DNA of 63,582 nucleotides, filler included, from Collodictyon triciliatum (Eukaryota), in the NCBI GenBank assembly GCA_043381765.1. It is 5 parts of 5 records of this genome, joined end to end, with 100 filler letters (N's around TTAATTAATTAA, not from the genome) between each part and the next. Parts side by side here need not be neighbours in the genome. Positions count along the whole stretch, not along the records: positions 1 to 25,001 come from JBHJMP010001057.1; 4 more parts are not named here. The stretch is one strand, 5' to 3'. The notes under the pieces are model-generated. The model was not told the DNA's origin and searched no databases. It saw only the letters and a list, made by a program, of their open reading frames with translations. Each line of letters starts with the position of its first letter. The first letter of the stretch is position 1. Positions 1-10,156 of the stretch are shown in pieces. The position numbers and the translations under genes were made by a program.

Positions 1-95
<95 letters not shown>

Positions 96-96
96 G
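1..96. repeat. (TTA)n microsatellite, probably intronic in the MAPK15 gene
   Basis: Perfect TTA run from position 1. Confidence 0.95.
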
Positions 97-220
97 TGGG
101 TATTATTTGGTTTTTTGAAACCTGTTGATAGAGTGAAGGAATGTTGAATGAGCAGATGAACGGATCGATATTACGCCTGAATATCATCATCTCTAGATTA
201 AATCCTTACATTTGATGCAG

Positions 221-849
221 ATATACAGAAGGTGTCGATATGTGGTCTGTTGGATGCATCATCGGTGAGCTTATCGCAGGGAAGCCCATCTTTCCAGGTA
301 TATTTGCTGCAGTGTCCTTTAAAAACAGCAACGTGTTTGTTTCTTTTTACACTTTACTTTCCCATGGTTTTATGTATTATTTTTCTTTTGTTTTTTTTTA
401 TCGTTTCATCTGACTAAATATCCTAGGCACATCTACGACAAACCAATTGGAAAGAATCATCGAAGTGACTGGATATCCTACACATGTAATCAGTTATATC
501 CATATTTCACATTCTACTTATCAATAATTACATTTATTCTATAAAATTCTAGATGAGGCATATGTTATCCATACAATAAGCATCATATTACGGGAGAAAG
601 AATCCATTTTTCCTCCTTCTTACATTAACAATAAAAAAAATCAAGAGAGAAAAAATGATTCTAAATTAATAGCAATTATACTTTACTTATTAGGAAGATA
701 TTAAAGCAATAGACTCGAAGTATACCGAGAAGATATTAGCCGAAGTTATTGTCGGCAAAGTCAAGTACAGAGTCTTTCAGCTGATAAATTATCGAAATGA
801 ATCTTTATATTTTCATATCAGATTTGCTCGAGTACGAATAACACTATTT

Positions 850-913
<64 letters not shown>

Positions 914-2055
914 TTTTGAGGCGAGGAACAAAGACCCAAATCCTTTCTGAAAACAGAAATTACATCGATAGGTCATTGTCATCAATCTTCCCACAAGCAT
1001 CTCCAGAAGCATGTGACCTTATGAGACAGCTTTTGCACTTTAACCCAAATAAGAGACCATCTGCCGAGGTGGTTATTTCATCGATAGCTTTTGTTTATTT
1101 TAATTAGTCTTTGATGGCTGGATGGAATAGATCACAAGTGTTGTTTTTCGTTTCTTTTTTCTTTTTCTTTTTCTTTTTCTTTTTTTTCTTTTTCTTTTTC
1201 TTTTTCTTTTTTTTCTTTTTCTTTTTTTTTCTTTTTCTTTTTCTTTTTCTTTTTCTTTTTCTTTTTCTTTTTCTTTTTCTTTTACTCATACACGATTCTC
1301 CGCTATTTATTTGTTCTTTTATTTCAAAATTGTGCATTTGTTTGTTGATGCCAACAATAGTAGTACTAATCATATACCAGCAAGCTATGAAACATCCGTA
1401 TGTCCTCCAATTCCATAATCCTGCCGATGAACCATCATTTCCTCGGACAATCCAGATTCCAATCGACGATAATCACAAGTGAGCAAACTTTAGATATTAT
1501 ATACATATATATCTCTTTTATATCTACTCAGCATCCTTCTTTTCTTTTATTTTTATTTTTATTTCTTTTTCTTTTTCTTTCTTTTTCTTTCTTTTTCTTT
1601 CTTTTTCTTTCTTTTTCTTTCTTTTTCTTTTCCTTTTTCTTTTTCTTTTCTTTTTCTTTTTCTTTTTCTTTTTCTTTTTCTTTTTCTTTTTCTTTTTCTT
1701 TTTCTTTTTCTTTTTCTTTTTCTTTCTTATTCTTTTTGACACTTTGACACTTTGACATATTTTTTAATTAAAAATTTTACTGTACGCCCAGATTTCACAC
1801 GTCTGAATACCGAGAACATCTGTACAAGGAAATCATTCGGAAAAAGAAGGAAATACGCCGAAGGTCACTGGCACAGCTTGCCGCGCAATCGTCAGGAAGT
1901 GCCTCTGCAAGTGTGAGTGACTCCTGAAAACACAAAAACTTTGCACGACTAAATTCACTTTATTGAAGTTGGCATATGATGTGTTTGTCCTGAACTCACA
2001 AAGCACATCTCCTGGATGATGCACAGACATACCGAGGAGGAAAAACAATAATAAC

Positions 2056-2098
<43 letters not shown>

Positions 2099-2157
2099 CA
2101 TGGTGCGATTATTCACTCATTTCCATTGAACATAACGTATAGGCAAGTACGAAGTAA
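221..2157 (+). CDS. MAPK15: Atypical MAP kinase ERK7/ERK8 (MAPK15), 3' part; 5' exons lie upstream of the window
   Basis: GT-AG exons 221-297, 427-485, 694-764, 972-1068, 1381-1478, 1792-1912 and 2143-2157 splice to [43 protein letters not shown]...[36 protein letters not shown]...[31 protein letters not shown]. The FHNPxDEP...IPIDDN...YRxxLY tail is typical of ERK7. The stop could instead be the TGA at 1924-1926. Confidence 0.9.
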
Positions 2158-2440
2158 AGTGACCAATGTACTGTAAAGGAGAGAGGACTCGTCCCAGCTT
2201 CTGTCTTTCTTCTAAACAGAACTGTCCATCATCGATTGCATCGGTATAAACCCACAGACACACTGCAGACGCCAAAGCTCTTCAGACCTAGCTTCTGGTG
2301 GCTCGTTCACGTGCTGTTGTCTCCGACGTGGCGTGCTAGCATCGCCATGAGACTCTCTTGACTATTATCCTAGTAATACGGAGCGAAACGGAGAAGGGAG
2401 AGAAGCAAAGAGAGCATTCGGGCGAATAATGCTGCTTGAT

Positions 2441-3530
2441 TTATGAGCGGAACAACTGCATGAAAGAGGATGCAACCGGGAAGGTGTGGCTTTCTGGAAG
2501 ACGGGCGTTTCCGGGCCGGTCCATACAAACGCAGTTCCAGCCGTCTTTGCGCGCCGCCTCTGCCTCGAGGATGTTGTCTGTTGCAAACAGGATATCGCCC
2601 GCTGGAAGGCCCAATGCCCTACTCACAACACAAAGAGCAAGGAGAGAAACTGTCAGAAAAATCACGCATTCTAGCAACATGCGAGTGCCTCCTGCCCCGT
2701 CTGCTATCGATTCACGCGCGCAGAGACGCGCTGGTCGGGACTCAAAAAGACTGGTGATTGGAAGGGGAAAGATGTGTATGTATGTATGTATGTATGTATG
2801 TATGTATGTATGTATGTATGTATGTATGTATGTATGTATGTATGTATGTATGTATGTATGTATGTATGTATGTATGTATGTATGTATGTACATGGATGAA
2901 CTGGTGAATCTACATATATGTGTGAGAGCGTTTGTTGGCTGTCAAACCCGCGTATATCTGCGTAGCTGGACTGGTGTATCTTGAGGCCGATGGTCGTGTC
3001 AAAGTGGCCGGCCAGCTGTGGCGTCAGGTCGCCCGCCTCGCTGAATGCAAACAGCAGCTTCTGGGCCGCCACAGAGCCGCTAGAGTATATGTGAATGGGG
3101 ACGCCAAGTCGCGTCCACCTGGCAAAGGCAAGCGGTGTGTCTGGATAGAGATGGCCGCGTATCTGGCCGCTCGCGTAGCCGTCCTTCCAGATGGCGCCCT
3201 GCAGAGCCTTCAGGCCAGTGGCCTTGACGTCGTGGTCCATCAGCAGATGCACCGCGTGGCCGAGTCGCTCCAGGAGATTCGGTGCGTCGGGAAGCGCTGT
3301 AGCAGGGTTTGCCGCGTGGAAGGAGGCGGCTTCCTGAATGACAGACTCGGCAAGCGTGTGGAAGGCCGCATCGTTGCTGTGCGCAGCCGCATAAGCTGCG
3401 AGATGTCTGCGAGCGTAGGGGAAGAGCACGTCCTTGACGAAGGAGATGGACGTGGTTGTGCCTTCGATGTCGAGGACAACGGCGCGGTAAGGGAAACGGA
3501 GGGTGAAGCGCGGTGCTGCATGATGATGAC

Positions 3531-3604
<74 letters not shown>

Positions 3605-4602
3605 GGTTATCCGCTATGCGTAATTCGCTGTGGTTGTTCTATGCAATAGTTATGACACTTGATGAAATGGCCGGTCAAATGGATGTGGACGGATTAAACC
3701 TTCGATATTGGCGAGTGGTAGAGTTTGGATCATGTAGGCCACCGGTTNNNNNNNNNNNNNNNNNNNNNNNNNNNNNNNNNNNNNNNNNNNNNNNNNNNNN
3801 NNNNNNNNNNNNNNNNNNNNNNNNNNNNNNNNNNNNNNNNNNNNNNNNNNNNNNNNNNNNNNNNNNNNNNNNNNNNNNNNNNNNNNNNNNNNNNNNNNNN
3901 NNNNNNNNNNNNNNNNNNNNNNNNNNNNNNNNNNNNNNNNNNNNNNNNNNNNNNNNNNNNNNNNNNNNNNNNNNNNNNNNNNNNNNNNNNNNNNNNNNNN
4001 NNNNNNNNNNNNNNNNNNNNNNNNNNNNNNNNNNNNNNNNNNNNNNNNNNNNNNNNNNNNNNNNNNNNNNNNNNNNNNNNNNNNNNNNNNNNNNNNNNNN
4101 NNNNNNNNNNNNNNNNNNNNNNNNNNNNNNNNNNNNNNNNNNNNNNNNNNNNNNNNNNNNNNNNNNNNNNNNNNNNNNNNNNNNNNNNNNNNNNNNNNNN
4201 NNNNNAGTGACTGTACTTTGTGTGTAGGTGAAGGAGCTCGTGACTGTTGTGGCTTCCTTGCCAGCACCAAGATTCTTCAGCTGCTGGAACTCCACCAGGG
4301 CCGCCTCTATTGTACGGAAGTTTTGCCATGAGCATACCAAGTTGCTTGTGGCAAAATAAAAGCCTTTTGGAAGCGAGCTTATTGAGGTTATTGAGCTTCA
4401 GGTAGAAAAAGTCGAGCCCATCAAATGCAGAATACCTTGAGTTGGTTGTGGGAGCGAAACCGCAAGCGCAACGCAGGCAGAGCCTGAAATGAAGCAATAT
4501 TAGAGACTGGGTCGGGGTTATAACAAGATATCGAGCAGATGAATGGCCAAGGAAGATCTTCTTACAAAGGTTGTCAAAAAGAGTCTTTGCTTGCGTCGCC
4601 AT
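2441..4602 (-). CDS. ENOPH1: Enolase-phosphatase E1 (HAD family, methionine salvage MtnC) with an N-terminal extension, probably spanning the N gap
   Basis: Exon 3515-2948 has VVLDIEGTTTSISFVKDVLFPYA, KATGLKALQGAIWKDGY, IYSSGSVAAQKLLF and HFDTTIGLK. Exon 2618-2441 has ILFATDNILEAEAARKDG...DRPGN. A phase-1 intron 3699-3516 links the upstream exon PVAYMIQTLPLANIE. The core (2441-3515) is secure; the start at 4602 is inferred across the gap. Confidence 0.85.
2773..2891. repeat. (TATG)n microsatellite in an ENOPH1 intron
   Basis: Perfect tetranucleotide run. Confidence 0.95.
3519..3604. repeat. (GAT)n microsatellite at the 3' end of an ENOPH1 intron
   Basis: Trinucleotide run just before the minus-strand acceptor CAG (3518-3516). 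Confidence 0.9.
3748..4206. other. Scaffold gap (N run without the spacer motif)
   Basis: 459 N with no TTAATTAATTAA, unlike the contig spacers. Confidence 0.95.
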
Positions 4603-5119
4603 GGCTCCGAATCTACGCAGGAAGTTTGGTTTGGGCTCTGTGGTTGATGTGTGATCCCAGCCACACACAAAAAACATCAACCATAAGTACCGTATCATCA
4701 AATCTGGAAAATAATATTAAATTATATCTAGTTGATTTTCAGTCCTACTATTAGATAATATTTATGTAAATATAATTTAAAATTATATCATTTAATACAA
4801 TTTATACAAATTAGGGAATCCTACCATGAACGAAACCAAATGAATATTGTCTCGCACAAACGGACGTTTCTGTATGAGTGAGAACATTTGGTAAATGTTT
4901 TGCACAATCTCGCTTTATCACAAGAAATTCAGATTTTCTTCCGCCGCGACGACAGTGTATTTTTGTTTCTATTTAGCGGAAGACAATCAAAGGCGCATCA
5001 ACAATCTCTGAAAGGCGATCCGAGAGAGACTTCCCCAAAATCTAAAGTTGCGTTGCATTCCCACCCACCCACCCCTCCGCATTCCCTTTTGTTGGTGTGG
5101 ATCAAAGCCTCTGAACTAG

Positions 5120-5126
5120 AAAGAAA

Positions 5127-5202
<76 letters not shown>

Positions 5203-5203
5203 A
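5120..5203. repeat. (AAAG)n microsatellite upstream of the LRR gene
   Basis: Tetranucleotide run about 130 nt before ATG 5335. Confidence 0.9.
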
Positions 5204-5334
5204 GAGTGAAAACGAAAAAAAAAAAACAACTACAAGCTGTTCAGTGTCGTGCCTTGTGTTGTGCGCGGCGATCATTCCAGAACCTCGACACTAAGACACA
5301 CCCGCAAATCCGAGGCTAAGAAACCCGCACCAGA

Positions 5335-8300
5335 ATGTCGCTGTCCAAGTTCCAAAATGCCTTCCAGCCCGAGGGCGACCCTCACAACGCAACTGTCTTC
5401 GGCCTTACGTTTGAGGAAGAGCCCGTCTCTGAAATCCCGGAGGAAATCGGCAACTACACTAATCTCCGCGAGATGTACTTGTCTGGACACATCGTATGCC
5501 TTAACTCCCTCACTTTCCTACGATTTTATATTATATTATATTTCTATTTCTATTTCTATTTCTATTTCTATTTCTATTTCTATTTCTATTTCTATTTCTA
5601 TTTCTATTTCTATTTCTATTTCTATTTCTATTTCTATTTCTATTCATTTCTATTCATTTCTATTCCCTTCATTTACCCATGGTTGTTATTATATATCTTA
5701 TCTTGTGGTGTGTTTGATCACAAAAACTTTACCTTCGCTCAGTTCCAAAGGCTGCCTGCCTCGTTTACTGCCCTTACTGGAGTGACAAAGCTCGACATCA
5801 GCTCCAACAGCGTTAGTCTTTGATCTGAGTGCTTGTCTTTCACACTAACTTGGTTAACATGCAGTCCAGCTTCGATTCATATATTTACTATTAACAATCT
5901 TGGTGTGCGCTTTATAGGTCATTGGAGAACTGCCTCGACAGATTTCGGCCCTTCTCAGCCTCAAGTTTCTTGCCATACACGGATGTCCCGTAAATTTTTT
6001 TTTAATAATAGATAATCATCGACAATTACGTCAGAATCTATGACTATGGCACTACCCCCCTAGTGGTCTTCTTTTTCTTATATTTTTTGTAATTCTTTTT
6101 CTTGCCTGTCTATCCGCCCTACAGAAAATCCAGGACCTACCTGTGTGGTTCACACATCTGAAAAATCTTGAAGAACTTCAACTTGTTGTGAGATTTACTC
6201 AACTTCTGATAGCTAAACGAAGCCTTCGCAAACAAAGAAACGATCTTCCACTGCAATATTTGCTTGCAATCATAACACTAACTCAAATGAAAATTTTAAC
6301 ATTATAGGGGGTATGGTTGTCCTTTTTTTCTTCAACTTTATCTTCTTTTTTTTTTTTATACTTCTTATTCGATTGGAAGCAATACCATCCACATCTTATT
6401 ATCAATTTATTATACTTAGGATGTGAGTTGACCTAATTAGCAAGATCTTTTCTTCGTCTTTTTGTATTTTGACATAGCCCTAAATATAATTAATGATATT
6501 GATCATGTTGATTAGGGAGTAAGTTTGATGCTTTTGCAAATCTAATAATGTCAACAATAATTCAAGAAATAATTGAAATGTGTATGAATTCTTTCTAATT
6601 TCTTTATAGCATGTGAGTTTCTTGTTTGTAAAATATTACTTATTTTGGTTCATCCATTCGCTTTAATATTAATTAAATTTTCCTCTAAATTAGAACGTAA
6701 GATTTTACATTTCACATAATTTTACAATTGTGATACGCCTGAATTATCTAGTCAATTTGATTTGTTTTGCTAACCTTTTTCTTTCTTCTTTTGTTTTGGT
6801 CACAACACACGTCCACTTGTCCCACAGGATGTATGTACCCATTCTTATAAATCAACAATCACATCATTTTTTTTATTAAAAATGCATTTTTTTACTTGCT
6901 AAAATAATGTAGGTTGTAAGTAACTGGATTGGTGTATTAAAAAAAAACCCCCCTCATGAAATTTTATAACACCGATTACACCGCTTATGGGTTATAAATG
7001 GGCTCGCTCTAACCAAATTCTTTATATTGGGGACATACTAACAATTATTTTATATATATTCTCTGCCCATCCCAATCCTCACCAAAATGAAAATCTAGAC
7101 CGTGAGTTTTCCCCTTGTGTATACAAATAATCCAACACACATGTAGACCTACCAATATTTCTTTACATCTGAGTTTACAGGCACTAAAACTGAAAATATA
7201 ATACATACCCCCTGGTGTGAACGATCTGTTGTGATTTCCAGATTCGCAGTGTTCCTGAAGGCATCCAACAGCTTCCGTGTTGGGCCAAGATTCAGAACAT
7301 TCCATTCGAAATTTACCGGCCGTCCACCCCTGCCCCGGTTTTCCCTAATGCATCCTCTTCAGCAGCTGCAGCCTCAGCCTCAGCCTCAGCCTCCTCCGTA
7401 AGTTCAGTTTACTTTCTATTTGCTCCCATTCCGATTCCCATGCCGATTGCTAATCAGTTCGCTAAATTGTTTCCATTTCCTTTGGATTGAATTTTATGCA
7501 CTGCCAAGTCTTCTGGGAAACCAGTATGTGTTGAAATAGCATTTACTTTGATGCTTTTTTTTCCCACAACATCATGGCATTTTACCCCTATCGGTTCGAA
7601 TTTGTTATACGCTTATTCCAGAAGAAATGTGCCAAAGCTTATTAGTTGCTTGTTCTTTTTGTTAGAATCTCGGTGCTTTGACGAACTTAAGAGAGTTGAA
7701 AATCTACGGCAACCCAGTAAATAATTTAATCACGGTTCTATCATCCTCAAAACCATGTCCGTATTTCGATTGTTTTCCTTATCGATTCTTTCCCCATCCA
7801 TCTATTTCTAGCTCTCGGAGCTTCCCGAATCCATCACGAATCTGTCGAAGCTCACATGCCTAGCTATCGTACGCCAATTTTTTCTTTCTATAAACATTTG
7901 CCTATGTAATTTGTGCAGCATTGTCGTATGCTCTGCAGCGTTACATATTTATGGATATTTACTGTACCTTAAACTGAATAGTCGAAGCCCAGGCCTGCTA
8001 GCGTTAGTCACTTTTATTTCTATTTCAAAATTAAACCCTTTGTCGTTTAGTCTCTGCACTTTATATAAAACTGTAAAGAAAAAAATAAAAATACAATAAT
8101 TTCGAAGAGTTCCACAACACTGAACTCTAATGTTTTGTTCCAAGTAAATCATTTATGACATTGTTTTCAACAACTACATTCTCACGGTATTTCTCTTTCC
8201 CTTGCAAACCTTACAACTGCAGCAAGCCCGTAGCGGCACCCAAAATGTTAGTTTTTATTTATAAATCCATAAGTAAATAATACAGTAACCAAATGATACT

Positions 8301-9769
8301 AATTGATTTTTTTTTCCTTACCAAGGATGTAACGCATTCCCTCTTTCGGACTGCTTTTAATTTATGGAATAAGTGACCATGAGACATACTACTTTGAACA
8401 TTTATGCGCCAACCTTTTCTAAAATAGAACATTAACGTATGCTACGATAGATTGTAAGAATTTGCCTTAGCCATACTCCAAATCAGAATATTCGATCGAG
8501 TTGTTTACTTTATGTCGCAAATCTGTTCTAATCAATTTTTATTATGCTATTTAATCTTGAATTTTTGGAATTAGGATGTAAGTTCTAACATTTTTCGAAA
8601 TACGTTACCAGGCCTTTTTATTTTTAAAAAAAATAAAAAAAAATATGGCACTTGAACCCAGATATACTTGCACTTTAATTTGAAACTAACTTTTGTTTTT
8701 CTATTTGGGGAACATGAACATGTGCACAGAACGTAAGCGTAAATTATATTCAATTCATCTAAATGAACATTACATTCTAATATAATGTGGACTCATATTA
8801 TTCTCGTTGATTTTTATGTGATCATTCTTAGAGCCTCAATTTTTTTAAAATAATAAAACCACTTCGCAGGACGTGGGTTCTTCAACAACACAAACCAGTT
8901 CAAACAAAACATCCATTTTCAACCTAATTATGTCATACATTTTTTGAATTCCTAATAAAGATTTTTCTTTTTCTTTTTCTTTTTCTTTTTCTTTTTCTTT
9001 TTCTTTTTCTTTTTCTTTTTCTTTTTCTTTTTCTTTTTCTTTTTCTTTTTCTTTTTCTTTTTCTTTTTCTTTCTCCATTATTTCGGCACGGCACTGGAAC
9101 GCTTAATCAAACCACAGAAAGTACGACCTTACTTTTTTCTTTGAAAAATTCACCATCGCTATTTTTCTTTAAAATCAGTGATGATGCTTTGATTACTAAA
9201 CTAACCTCACCTGTTTTACACTTTTCTACCGACTTAGCGCGTAAGCTTTTCCTCTCTTCTTTTTCTCTATCATATTAGCTGTGCATCTTTTTCATGTCGC
9301 TTCAATTCTAAACTATGCCCAACCCTTGCGAATTATCACCCACCTACGTACCGTCCTGGCGTTGTTCAACCCGCCCATTTTCCCAAAATCAATGCTGCAG
9401 CCGGTAAGACCAACAGTACTCCTCATGATATATACTCCTATACTACTCTGTCGCAATACATCACTAAATCAAATCGTTTGATTTAAAAAAAAAACCTCAT
9501 CATCCTATCCCTGCAAACTCATTGCGCCAACGGACATTCTCCACCACCACGCTATCGTGAAGAACGTAAGCAATAGTTTCCTTACTCTCCCATCCACCCA
9601 TCACAACTGCATCTGCCCAAGCAAAACACCAGACCCTGCCTCACGCGCGCTCACTCTCTCCCTCTCTTCCGCGTAGCTCTACTTCGCCCCAAAGGGCATC
9701 AGCAACCTGCCGTGCTTCAACCAGGACGCCAACCAGTTTGGAAACCTCAAGGACCTCGAGTTCTACTAA
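5335..9769 (+). CDS. Leucine-rich-repeat protein (about 288 aa if all exons are used; 29 predicted exons, 17 of them 3 nt)
   Basis: Exons 5335-5493 (..EIPEEIGNYTNLREMYLSGHI), 5743-5811 (FQRLPASFTALTGVTKLDISSNS), 5918-5989 (VIGELPRQISALLSLKFLAIHGCP), 6125-6187 (KIQDLPVWFTHLKNLEELQLV), 8 micro-exons, 7242-7397 (IRSVPEGIQQLPCW...), 7509-7523, 7666-7716 (NLGALTNLRELKIYGNP), 7812-7868 (LSELPESITNLSKLTCLAI), 7982-8002, 8108-8143, 8223-8246, 9 micro-exons, 9677-9769 (LYFAPKGISNLPCF...EFY*). LxxLxLxxNxLxxLP consensus. No signal peptide or TM segment is evident. The 15-36 nt linker exons are the least certain. Confidence 0.85.
6308..7101 (+). other. Micro-exon array 1: eight 3-nt exons (G-D-G-H-N-D-V-T)
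   Basis: tag|GGG|gtatgg 6308-6310; tag|GAT|gtgagt 6420-6422; tag|GGA|gtaagt 6516-6518; tag|CAT|gtgagt 6610-6612; tag|AAC|gtaaga 6694-6696; cag|GAT|gtatgt 6828-6830; tag|GTT|gtaagt 6913-6915; tag|ACC|gtgagt 7099-7101. Confidence 0.85.
8326..9565 (+). other. Micro-exon array 2: nine 3-nt exons (D-I-D-N-D-K-R-P-N)
   Basis: aag|GAT|gtaacg 8326-8328; tag|ATT|gtaaga 8451-8453; tag|GAT|gtaagt 8575-8577; cag|AAC|gtaagc 8730-8732; cag|GAC|gtgggt 8870-8872; cag|AAA|gtacga 9118-9120; tag|CGC|gtaagc 9238-9240; cag|CCG|gtaaga 9401-9403; aag|AAC|gtaagc 9563-9565. Confidence 0.8.
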
Positions 9770-9978
9770 GAGGCTGCCTCTCCAGTCCGGCCGCCCGGCC
9801 CTTTCGCCTGCTCCAAACCACCACACACAAAATAAACGGAGTGCGGATTCATGCCACAAGCAGCACGAGAGAGTCCTGCTTCAAAGCCCACGTTGACTCC
9901 TATCCTGTGCGGCGCTGGGTGTGCGAATCCGTGTGTTTGACGGTCCAAGATGCAGAGGCTGGGCTGCTTTCAGCTGCT

Positions 9979-10080
9979 TGTTTGTTTGTTTGTTTGTTTG
10001 TTTGTTTGTTTGTTTGTTTGTTTGTTTGTTTGTTTGTTTGTTTGTTTGTTTGTTTGTTTGTTTGTTTGTTTGTTTGTTTG
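9979..10080. repeat. (GTTT)n microsatellite upstream of CCDC57
   Basis: Perfect tetranucleotide run about 75 nt before ATG 10157. Confidence 0.95.
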
Positions 10081-10156
10081 CTTGTATGGAGGAGTGGAGG
10101 AGTGGAGAAGTGGATGGCCGCAGGCAGGAAGAGACTTGTTCTGAAACTCGTTCTCT

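Noticed and set aside
1104-1758. Poly-K/E/F ORFs here and at 8845, 9881-10916, 46501-46944, 48818-49352, 50126-50555 and 62280-63537
   Set aside because: They are translations of microsatellites or low-complexity DNA, or antisense shadows of real exons.
3519-3604. Poly-His tract in frame with ENOPH1 (poly-Met on the + strand)
   Set aside because: It is preceded by an in-frame TAA with no ATG and lies within a phase-consistent GT-AG intron.
4370-4430. DGLDFFY resembling an NMD3 motif
   Set aside because: The flanks do not match NMD3 and the segment falls in a predicted intron of the 4602 gene.
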